DNA of 37,478 nt from an uncultured Bacillota bacterium. GTDB lineage: Bacteria; Bacillota_I; Bacilli_A; ML615J-28; CAG-313. The notes under the pieces are model-generated. The model saw nothing but the letters and a program-made list of their open reading frames with translations. It was not told where the DNA came from and made no database searches. Where the stretch lies: NCBI GenBank assembly GCA_900317575.1, contig ONHH01000069.1:1-37478 (forward strand). Direction: 5' to 3'. Positions 8,040 to 16,314 of this stretch are shown here, in pieces. The stretch's first letter is position 1. Every line of letters begins with the position of its first letter. A program made the position numbers and the translations under genes.

Positions 8040-9299
8040 ATGATTAAAATAAACAAATTAATTAAACTCTTAAATAATAATAATATTAATACATATCAAA
8101 TAACTAACACCATCACTAATGATAGTGAAATGTTCTTTGATCGAGGAAAATTAGAAACTATCCGTAAGGTAAGTACTAATGAAATTTTGGTGCAAATCTT
8201 TACTGAAGATGGCGATACTCAAGGTCAAGCTGATTTTGTAATCAGTAAAGATTTATCAACTAAAGAAATCAATGAATTAATTGCTACCGCAATCCTTTCT
8301 TCTAAACTTGTTCACAATAAAAAATATGAATTAGTTAAAGGAGAAAAGAGACAATCATATAAATACAAGGATGAATTAGAAGATTCCTATACAATCCTTC
8401 AAAAAATATCCAAAATTTATTTTGATTTAGAAGAAGAAAATCTTAAATTTAATTCTCTTGAATGTTTCTTTAAAGAAAGAACTACTACAATTATTAATTC
8501 TAATAATGTAAATCTATCAAAGAAAACATATCGTATTAATGTAGAAGCAATCCCATCATATTATTCAAAAGATTTCAAGACTGAACTATATCGAATGTTT
8601 AATTATGATAAATTAGATTATGATAAGATTAAAGAAGATGTAATCAAAAGTCTTAATGATTTAAGAAATCGTGGTAAAGCTATTAAATTTGATCAAAACA
8701 TCAAAACTAATGTTATCCTAAGAGCACCAGAAATTAGAGAATTATTCACTGAATATATTGATAATTTCAATTATGCCGATGTCTATTTTGAATCTAATTT
8801 AGCTAAAGTTGGTGATGTTCTTCAAACAAGTGCTAAAACTAAATTAAATTTATCATTAGATAAAAGAACTAAAGCTGATTTCTTTGATAATGAAGGTATT
8901 ATTTTAAAGAAGCTATCATTAATTGAAGATGGTAAATTAGTATCATATTATGGATCACAACGCTTTGCGTCATACTTAAATTTAAAAGCTACAGGTGATT
9001 TAACAAAGATTGTCTTAAAGAATGGTACTAACTCAATTGATAATTTAAGAAAAGAACCATATATTGAATTAATTGATTTATCAGGATTACAAGTAGATGC
9101 TTATTCATCATATATTGGTGGAGAAGTAAGACTTGCGATATACTTTGATGGAACTAAGACTTATCCAATTAGTGGATTTAGCTTCAGTGGTAATCTTAAT
9201 GAAGTAATTAATAATATGGAACTTTCTAAAGAAAAAGAAATGATTAATGATTATGAAGGACCATCCTTCATGAAAATACCTAATATAGAAATTATCTAA
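8040..9299 (+). CDS. PmbA/TldE-like partner subunit (highly divergent)
   Basis: About 420 aa, immediately after the TldD-like gene. FFDNEGIILKKLSLIEDGKLVSYY...ATGD and the C-terminal GGEVRLAIYFDG...ISGFSFSGNLNEVINNM resemble PmbA_TldD C-terminal blocks. There is no HExxxH. SD agaggtg at 8029-8035. ATG 8037 or 8040 could be the start. Confidence 0.6.
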   Translation: MIKINKLIKLLNNNNINTYQITNTITNDSEMFFDRGKLETIRKVSTNEILVQIFTEDGDTQGQADFVISKDLSTKEINELIATAILSSKLVHNKKYELVKGEKRQSYKYKDELEDSYTILQKISKIYFDLEEENLKFNSLECFFKERTTTIINSNNVNLSKKTYRINVEAIPSYYSKDFKTELYRMFNYDKLDYDKIKEDVIKSLNDLRNRGKAIKFDQNIKTNVILRAPEIRELFTEYIDNFNYADVYFESNLAKVGDVLQTSAKTKLNLSLDKRTKADFFDNEGIILKKLSLIEDGKLVSYYGSQRFASYLNLKATGDLTKIVLKNGTNSIDNLRKEPYIELIDLSGLQVDAYSSYIGGEVRLAIYFDGTKTYPISGFSFSGNLNEVINNMELSKEKEMINDYEGPSFMKIPNIEII

Positions 9300-9307
9300 A
9301 ATAAAAT

Positions 9308-9336
9308 GATAGATTCATTAAGAATCTATCTTTTTT
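9308..9336 (+). terminator. Rho-independent terminator
   Basis: gatagattc-attaa-gaatctatc followed by tttttt. Confidence 0.7.
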
Positions 9337-9368
9337 AATGTAATATTCAAGAATCTAAAGAAGATAAT

Positions 9369-9377
9369 TGATATAAT
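9369..9377 (+). promoter_or_regulatory. Extended -10 promoter (TGaTATAAT) for the GH3 gene
   Basis: tgatataat sits about 19 nt upstream of ATG 9396. SD agaggg. Confidence 0.45.
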
Positions 9378-9395
9378 TTAAGAGGGTAAATATAT

Positions 9396-11726
9396 ATGAA
9401 TATCGATCAATTATTAAAAGAAATGAAATTAAAAGATAAAATAGCTTTATTAAGTGGTGAAGGTCCATGGTATACTAAATCAATCAAGAAATATCATATT
9501 CCTAGCCTTAAGATGTCCGATGGTCCTCATGGACTAAGAACTATTCAAGATAAGGCTAATCTATATGATAATGATGAACCAATCCCAGCTATCTGTTATC
9601 CAACAGCATCTCTTACAGCTTGTTCATTTGATGTTGATTTAATGAAAGAAATGGGTGAGAAATTAGCAGAAGAAGCTCTAGCTAATAAAGTAAATATCTT
9701 ACTAGGACCAGGAGTCAATATTAAAAGGAATCCGCTATGTGGAAGAAATTTTGAATATTTTTCTGAAGATCCATATCTTGCGGGGAAAATGGCCGCCTCA
9801 TTTATTAAAGGTGTTGAAGAAAAAGGTGTCGCAACATCTTTAAAGCACTTCGCATGTAACAACCAAGAATATCATCGTCTCACATCATCATCGATTGTTG
9901 ATGAAAGAACTATGAGAGATATCTATCTTAAACCATTTGAAATTGCAGTAAAAGAAGGACATCCTTCAACAGTAATGTGTAGCTATAATAAGATTAATGA
10001 TGTCTATAGTAGTGATAATCATTGGTTATTAACTGATGTATTAAGAAATGATTTTGGCTTTAATGGTCTAGTTATAACTGATTGGGGTGCAATGTCTAAT
10101 CGCGTAGAAGCTATTAAAGCTGGATGCGATTTAATGATGCCAGGTGGTTCTAACTATGGTGAACAAGCTATCAAAAAAGCATTAAAGAATAAAGAAATAT
10201 CGATTGCAGATATTGATAAATGTGTAAGAAGAATCTTAGAATTAGTAGATAAGAAAAAAGATATTTTAAATAATAATTATCAATATGATATAAATAGCCA
10301 TCATGATTACTGCATGAAAATAGCTGAAGAAAGTATGGTATTATTAAAGAATGAAGATAATATCCTACCACTCTTTGAAAATGATAAAATAGCCTTAATC
10401 GGTAATATGGCAAAAAATTACCGTTTCCAAGGAGAAGGTAGTAGTCATGTAAAAGTTTTAAAAAAAGATAATTTATTTGATCAATTAAGATATGATTATT
10501 ATGCTGATGGTTATAATTTAGATGGATCTACTAATGATAAATTAATAACTGACGCCATTAGTATTGCAAAAAATGCTGAAAAAATTGTATTAATATTAGG
10601 TTTACCTGATATATATGAAGCAGAAGGCAGCGATAGATCAAATTTAAATCTACCAGATGGTAATATTAGATTATTAAAAGAATTATTAAAAATTAATAAG
10701 AACTTGATATTAGTAATCATCAGTGGCGCTCCGGTAGAAATACCGAATATTGATGATATAAAAGGCTTAATCTGGGCAGGTTTAGGTGGCGAAGCAGGAG
10801 CTAGTGCTCTAACTAATATCTTAAACGGAAAAGTAAATCCAAGTGGAAGATTAGCTGAAACATGGCCAATAGCTTATGATGATATAATAAATGGTAAATA
10901 TTCGATGGCTCCACATATTGATAGTGAATATCGTGAAGGAATATATGTTGGATATCGTTATTTTGATAAAAAACAAATTAAACCATTATTTAATTTTGGT
11001 TATGGCTTATCCTATACTACTTTTAAATATTCCAATATTCGTCCAATTGATAATAAAATCCTAATAGATATAACTAATACTGGTAATATATATGGTAAAG
11101 AAAGTGTATTATTATATATTTATAATCCTAAAGAATATATCTATATGCCAATAAAAGAATTAAAAGGGTTTAAAAAAGTTGCATTAGATGCTAAAGAAAC
11201 TAAAACAATTGAATTTATAATTGATGAATATACTTTTAATACTTGGGATTATGGTTATAAAAAATTAAGTGGTGATTATATCATAAAGATAGGAACTGAA
11301 GAATTAAATTATCATTTAGATGCTGATTATATCAATCAAGATATATATAAAAATACTTGGTATGAAACATTAGAAGGTATTCCTACAAGAGAAGATCACC
11401 AATTATTAACTAATAAATTATATAAAGAAACAAGAAATAAAAAAGGATCTTTTAATCAAAGTAATTCATTAGAAGATATGAAAGACTCTTCAAGAATGGT
11501 TAATTTTATTTATAAAATAATCATGAAGCAAGTAGCAAAACATTTTAATATGAAAGCTGATTTAAATGATCCAGACTTTAGATTAGTCTTTTATTCCGTA
11601 TCAGAGAATTCATTAAGTAATTTAATAATATGTTCAGGCCTAGATGAAGCATTAATGAATGCAATCATTAGTTTTGGTAATGGACACAACTTAAAAGGAA
11701 TAAGATATTTAATCTTTAAACGCTAA
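9396..11726 (+). CDS. Glycoside hydrolase family 3 beta-glucosidase (BglX-like), cytoplasmic
   Basis: KMSDGPHGLR, NPLCGRNFEYFSEDP, LKHFACNNQE and GLVITDWGA (nucleophile Asp). A GH3 C-terminal domain and Fn3-like domain (KELKGFKKV...) follow. No signal peptide. Confidence 0.9.
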   Translation: MNIDQLLKEMKLKDKIALLSGEGPWYTKSIKKYHIPSLKMSDGPHGLRTIQDKANLYDNDEPIPAICYPTASLTACSFDVDLMKEMGEKLAEEALANKVNILLGPGVNIKRNPLCGRNFEYFSEDPYLAGKMAASFIKGVEEKGVATSLKHFACNNQEYHRLTSSSIVDERTMRDIYLKPFEIAVKEGHPSTVMCSYNKINDVYSSDNHWLLTDVLRNDFGFNGLVITDWGAMSNRVEAIKAGCDLMMPGGSNYGEQAIKKALKNKEISIADIDKCVRRILELVDKKKDILNNNYQYDINSHHDYCMKIAEESMVLLKNEDNILPLFENDKIALIGNMAKNYRFQGEGSSHVKVLKKDNLFDQLRYDYYADGYNLDGSTNDKLITDAISIAKNAEKIVLILGLPDIYEAEGSDRSNLNLPDGNIRLLKELLKINKNLILVIISGAPVEIPNIDDIKGLIWAGLGGEAGASALTNILNGKVNPSGRLAETWPIAYDDIINGKYSMAPHIDSEYREGIYVGYRYFDKKQIKPLFNFGYGLSYTTFKYSNIRPIDNKILIDITNTGNIYGKESVLLYIYNPKEYIYMPIKELKGFKKVALDAKETKTIEFIIDEYTFNTWDYGYKKLSGDYIIKIGTEELNYHLDADYINQDIYKNTWYETLEGIPTREDHQLLTNKLYKETRNKKGSFNQSNSLEDMKDSSRMVNFIYKIIMKQVAKHFNMKADLNDPDFRLVFYSVSENSLSNLIICSGLDEALMNAIISFGNGHNLKGIRYLIFKR

Positions 11727-11782
11727 TTACTTTTATTAATTTAAAAAAATTAGTATAATATACACAAAAAGGAGATGATATA

Positions 11783-13183
11783 ATGATTAGCAAAAAGTTA
11801 GCAATTGATGTATTAAATGCTGCTTTAGCAACCGGTGCTGATTATGCAGAAATATTCTATGAAGATTCAATTAATAATAGTTTAGAAATTGAAAATGGTA
11901 GAGTATCTGTTTCAACAGCTAATTCAATGTGTGGTGTAGGCTTAAGACTATTGAAACAATATCAAACAGTATATGGTTATACTAATGATTTATCAAAGAA
12001 AGGCCTAATGAAACTTGCGGAAAGCTTATCTCATAGTTTTAATGGTGAAAGATTAATCACTGTTACTAAACTTGATATGATTAAAGCAAAGAATCGTAAT
12101 CCAGTTAAGAATAGTTATTTAAATGTATCTAAAGAAGAAAAGATTGCGCTAGTAAAAGAAGGACTAGATGCTATTAAAGAATTAAATGATCCTCGTATTG
12201 TTAGAACTCGTGGTGTATTTTTAGATAATCATCGTTTTGTAGCTGTTTTTAATTCTAAAGAAAAATGGTTCAAACGTGAACAAGAATTCGGTAGAATCAA
12301 TTATGCGGTAGTAGCAGCTAATGAAAATGGCTTTGAAACTGGTTTTGAAGGCCCTGGTACTCAAGATGATATTAATTATTTTAGAACTAAAATATCACCT
12401 AAAGAAAAAGCTCTACATGCTGCAACTCTTGCGTTACAAAATCTAGATGCTAAAGAATGTCCATCTGGTAAAATGCCAGTTGTAATTGGTAATGGATGGG
12501 GTGGAGTATTATTCCATGAATCGTGTGGACATCCACTAGAAGCTTCTGCAATCAGTAAGAACTTAAGCTGCTTCAGCGGAAAACATGGTGAAAAGATTGC
12601 ATCAGACATCGTAAGTGCAGTGGATGATTCAACAATGCCGCATGAATGGGGTTCAATTGATATCGATGATGAAGGTAATCTTGGAACTAAGAGATTATTA
12701 ATTAAAAATGGTATCTTACAAGATTATATGATTGATGATGCTAATGGTAGAAGAATGAATCGTGAAGGTAATGGCGCATGTCGTCGTCAAAATTATCGTT
12801 ATTGTCCTACATCAAGAATGTCTAATACCTATATTTGTAATGGTAAATCAAGTCCTGAAGAAATTATTAAAGCTACTAAACTTGGTCTATATGCAGTAAG
12901 CTTCAATGGTGGATCAGTAGATCCTACAACAGGTGAATTCAATTTCGGTTGTAGTGAAGCATATATCATCCGTGATGGTAAGGTATGTGAACCAGTTAAA
13001 GGCGCAACATTAATCGGTAAAGGTTTTGAAATCTTACAAAAGATTGATATGGTTGGAAATGACTTAGCTCTTGCTCAAGGTATGTGTGGTGCCGCATCAG
13101 GTTCAATTAGAACTAGTGTTGGTCAACCTACAATCAGAGTTAGTGAAATTACTGTTGGTGGAAGAGGAGGAGAATTAAAATAA
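11783..13183 (+). CDS. tldD: TldD metalloprotease
   Basis: HESCGHPLE (12515-12532), DDEGNLGTKRLLIKNGILQDYM, GNGACRRQNYRYCPTSRMSNTY. SD aaggag. No terminator between it and the GH3 gene. Confidence 0.9.
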   Translation: MISKKLAIDVLNAALATGADYAEIFYEDSINNSLEIENGRVSVSTANSMCGVGLRLLKQYQTVYGYTNDLSKKGLMKLAESLSHSFNGERLITVTKLDMIKAKNRNPVKNSYLNVSKEEKIALVKEGLDAIKELNDPRIVRTRGVFLDNHRFVAVFNSKEKWFKREQEFGRINYAVVAANENGFETGFEGPGTQDDINYFRTKISPKEKALHAATLALQNLDAKECPSGKMPVVIGNGWGGVLFHESCGHPLEASAISKNLSCFSGKHGEKIASDIVSAVDDSTMPHEWGSIDIDDEGNLGTKRLLIKNGILQDYMIDDANGRRMNREGNGACRRQNYRYCPTSRMSNTYICNGKSSPEEIIKATKLGLYAVSFNGGSVDPTTGEFNFGCSEAYIIRDGKVCEPVKGATLIGKGFEILQKIDMVGNDLALAQGMCGAASGSIRTSVGQPTIRVSEITVGGRGGELK

Positions 13184-14496
13184 TGAAATTCGATAAGTTT
13201 TTTGTTCTCGCAAAACAAGCTGGTATTGAAGATGCTCAATTATCAATTACCGAAGATACTAATCTAGAATTTTCTTTATTCCATTCAGAAGTATCTAATT
13301 ATGAAAATAATAGTGAAATGAACATCTTAGCTCGTGGTATCATCAATGGTAAAATGGGTACTGCATCTTGTGATACATGGGATAATAATAAATGTAAATT
13401 CCTAGTAGATCAAATTGTTCAAAACGCAAAAGTAATTGAAGAAGAAGATCCTGCCTTTATTTTTGAAGGAAGTCCTAAATATAAGAAAGTAAATGCTTAT
13501 AACAAAGAATTAGAAAATGTAACATTTGATGAAAAGCTTGCTAAATTAAAAGAATTAGAATCTTTAATTAAATTTGGTGATCCTCGTATCATCGAAGTAG
13601 GTCAAGTAGCTTACATGGAAAAGGTATCAAAAAGAACCTTAATTAATTCTAAAGGCTTAAAATTAAATAGTAAATCTAATTATTTCGCAGCATATGGAGT
13701 AGGTGTTGCTCAAGAAAATGGTCAAGTAAAGAGTGAATTTGATTTCACATTTGGACAAGATTTCTCTAAATTTGATCCAAAAGAACTTGCAAAAAGAATT
13801 GTTGAAAAGACAGTTGGTCAATTAGGTGGTCATCCATGTGAACCAAATAGTTATAAAACAGTTCTTGCACCAAGTGTAGTTGCATCATTTGTTTCTGTCC
13901 TTGCATCATACGCATCAAGTGAAGATGTTCAAAAGAAATCATCACTATTTATTGATAAAGTAGGAGAACTTGTTGCATCAAAGAAGATTACAATTGAAGA
14001 TCGTCCACTTAATAAATATGGATTCACTAGATGGTTTGATGATGAAGGTGTCGCAACATACGATAAACCAATCATTAAGAATGGTGTATTACAAGGCTAT
14101 TTATATAATCTAACCACTGCCGCAAAAGATAATACTCAATCTACTGGTAATGGTTTTGGTGGTTCAAGTATTGGTGTACATCCAGCCTTCTTATATTTAA
14201 AACCAGGTAAGAAGACAGAAAAAGAATTATTTGAAGGAATTAAAGAAGGTGTATATATCACAAGTGTTGGTGGTTTACATGCTGGCTTAAATCCTCAAAG
14301 TGGTAATTTCTCATTACAATCATCTGGTTTCTATATTAAAGATGGTAAATTAGATTATCCTCTAGATCTAGTAACAGTATCAGGTAATATCTTAAAATTA
14401 TTCCAAGATGTAACTGATGTTGCGTCTAATTCAGAAATTTCATTATCAGGTGCTATTACTTCTAGTATAGCTGTTAAGAAATTAACTATATCTTAA
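13183..14496 (+). CDS. pmbA: PmbA/TldE protease subunit
   Basis: FDDEGVATYDKPIIKNGVLQGYLYN, STGNGFGG and GNFSLQSSGFYIKDGK. TAATG overlaps the tldD stop, preceded by ggaggag. Confidence 0.85.
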   Translation: MKFDKFFVLAKQAGIEDAQLSITEDTNLEFSLFHSEVSNYENNSEMNILARGIINGKMGTASCDTWDNNKCKFLVDQIVQNAKVIEEEDPAFIFEGSPKYKKVNAYNKELENVTFDEKLAKLKELESLIKFGDPRIIEVGQVAYMEKVSKRTLINSKGLKLNSKSNYFAAYGVGVAQENGQVKSEFDFTFGQDFSKFDPKELAKRIVEKTVGQLGGHPCEPNSYKTVLAPSVVASFVSVLASYASSEDVQKKSSLFIDKVGELVASKKITIEDRPLNKYGFTRWFDDEGVATYDKPIIKNGVLQGYLYNLTTAAKDNTQSTGNGFGGSSIGVHPAFLYLKPGKKTEKELFEGIKEGVYITSVGGLHAGLNPQSGNFSLQSSGFYIKDGKLDYPLDLVTVSGNILKLFQDVTDVASNSEISLSGAITSSIAVKKLTIS

Positions 14497-14540
14497 AAAT
14501 AAAAAGAAATATAAGTTTAATACTTATATTTCTTTTTTTA
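14496..14540. terminator. Bidirectional rho-independent terminator between convergent genes
   Basis: Stem agaaatataagt (14505-14516) / acttatatttct (14522-14533), flanked by an A-run upstream and a T-run downstream. Confidence 0.75.
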
Positions 14541-14553
14541 ATGTATTAATGTA

Positions 14554-16311
14554 TTAATGTATTAATATCTCTAATATATTTTTATTATTAACATAATTAT
14601 AATTATGACTTAAATTAATATTAGTTTCCACAAATGGATTATTCTTTTTACCTTTATCAATAAATGTAAGAATTAAATTATTCTTTGTTTTATTAAATTC
14701 GATTCTTAGATATATCTCTTTAGGATCATTATCATAATTGTTACTAATATTATTAATTATTTCTTTAATTAAAGATTTAATATTTAATGCTTGATCATTA
14801 ATAAAATCTTCTTTATTAAATGTATGATCAACAAAACTACTTATTTCATGTAAATCAGGCTTATTAAAGATTTTTTCATAATCATTAATAATATCACCTT
14901 CATAAGTAATACTCATTAAAGTAATATCATCGGACTGTTCAGCACCAAAGGTAAATTCCTTTAATTTATCTTTTAATTCATAATGGAATTTAATCATTGA
15001 TGAAAATTCTTGACTATTAGCAAGTTCTAGTAATCTTTCATCACCAAATAATTCATCATTTTTAGCTTTTGCTTCAGTAATACCATCTGTATATAAGGTA
15101 ATAGAATCACCACTTGCTAATTTAAATTCACCATTATCAAAATTTAATCCTTCTATTCCTCCAAGAACAAAACCAGAAGGACAATCTAAGAAGAAAGAAT
15201 GATTATTATTTCTAATTAGTGGTGGATTATGGGCAGCATTACTATATTTAACAATTCCTGTTGTTAAATCAATAATACCAATAAAAGCTGTAACAAACAT
15301 ACTTGCTTCATTATTCTTACATAATGCATTATTAATCTCTTCTAAAGTTTTACCAGGTTCTTTATTGATTGATACTAAATTTTCAAAGCAAGTAATAGTC
15401 TTCATCATAAACATTGCAGCTGGTATTCCTTTACCGGATACATCACCAATAATAAAAGCTACATGATTTTCATCTAATTTAAGATAATCATATAAATCAC
15501 CACCAACTTCTTTAGTTGGTTTTATTTCAGCTATTATTTCTAATTTCTTTGTTTTAATGAAATTATTAGGTAAAGCAGCAGATTGAATTTGTGCTGCATA
15601 TGATAATTCAATATTTATTCTTTCTTTATCTTTAGTAATATTAATTTCATCAGTTAATAATTTATGAGTACGAATATTTAATCCATTACATGCGACAAAG
15701 ATTACAGTTAAGAAGACTGCTCTTGATAAATAATAGAAAATAAATACTTTAAAGAATCGATTCTTTTCTACTGCAAGTTCTAATCTTTCTTTAAATCCAT
15801 CAGGTTGGAATAAATAAGGATCGCCATTACTATCAACCATTAATTTACCACTAGTTAATAGATTAGGATCATATTCACCAAGTAACATTCCTAAATAGAT
15901 ACATATTAACATACTAAATAATACTGACGCAAACACAATACGACATGTTTTAGGATTGTAGTAATGATTAGAAATAACGATTACTGCTGCCCATCCGATT
16001 ATCGCATGCTTTGGCACAATGATATTTAGAATACAGATAATTCCTAAAAAGGAATTAAGTAAGAAATATTTAAATTTAGGATTATATAAATGCTTAGTTC
16101 TAATCCAAAATGCTGATGATATAGAAATCAGAATATTAATGGGGAAGAAAATATTAACTAAAGTATAAGAATTAAGAGGAAATAATCCAATTAAATAGAA
16201 TACCCAAATGACTAACATCATAATACTTGATACAACAAGGATATTAATCATTTGTTTATTAGCTGCTATTTCATTATCATGAAGAATATTATTCTCAATT
16301 TCATTATTCAT
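14554..16311 (-). CDS. Membrane PP2C (SpoIIE/RsbU-type) Ser phosphatase with C-terminal truncated RsbW/SpoIIAB-like (HATPase_c_2) segment
   Basis: About 5-6 TM helices at the N-terminus. PP2C blocks EVGGDLYDY, GDVSGKGIPAAMFM, LYTDGITEA and QSDDITLM. The last ~125 aa align by eye to the first two-thirds of RsbW (N-box KEIINNISNN; LILTFIDKGKK at the G1 position) but end before a G2/ATP-lid. The ATG lies 3 nt after the upstream TAA. Confidence 0.8.
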   Translation of the reverse strand: MNNEIENNILHDNEIAANKQMINILVVSSIMMLVIWVFYLIGLFPLNSYTLVNIFFPINILISISSAFWIRTKHLYNPKFKYFLLNSFLGIICILNIIVPKHAIIGWAAVIVISNHYYNPKTCRIVFASVLFSMLICIYLGMLLGEYDPNLLTSGKLMVDSNGDPYLFQPDGFKERLELAVEKNRFFKVFIFYYLSRAVFLTVIFVACNGLNIRTHKLLTDEINITKDKERINIELSYAAQIQSAALPNNFIKTKKLEIIAEIKPTKEVGGDLYDYLKLDENHVAFIIGDVSGKGIPAAMFMMKTITCFENLVSINKEPGKTLEEINNALCKNNEASMFVTAFIGIIDLTTGIVKYSNAAHNPPLIRNNNHSFFLDCPSGFVLGGIEGLNFDNGEFKLASGDSITLYTDGITEAKAKNDELFGDERLLELANSQEFSSMIKFHYELKDKLKEFTFGAEQSDDITLMSITYEGDIINDYEKIFNKPDLHEISSFVDHTFNKEDFINDQALNIKSLIKEIINNISNNYDNDPKEIYLRIEFNKTKNNLILTFIDKGKKNNPFVETNINLSHNYNYVNNKNILEILIH

Positions 16312-16314
16312 AGG

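Noticed and set aside
9300-9395. Search for a small RiPP or microcin precursor ORF next to the TldD/PmbA pairs (also 11727-11782)
   Set aside because: These spacers are fully accounted for by a terminator, promoter and SD. No ATG/GTG-initiated small ORF with an SD is present.
9596-10720. Three minus-strand ORFs (9596-9862, 10171-10413, 10511-10720) inside the GH3 gene
   Set aside because: They lie entirely antisense to a well-supported GH3 CDS with conserved catalytic motifs. They are shadow ORFs.
11727-11782. Independent promoter for tldD (tagtataat at 11751-11759)
   Set aside because: There is no TG extension, the -35 is poor, and no upstream terminator exists. It may be a weak internal promoter but is not supported well enough to list as a feature.
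12376-12609. 77-aa minus-strand ORF inside tldD
   Set aside because: It is antisense to the HExxxH region of a canonical TldD and has no independent signals.
14542-14565. Three tandem copies of tgtattaa next to the bidirectional terminator
   Set aside because: It is only 24 nt, overlaps the stop and last codons of the PP2C gene, and is AT-rich simple sequence. It is too short for a CRISPR array or a functional repeat.
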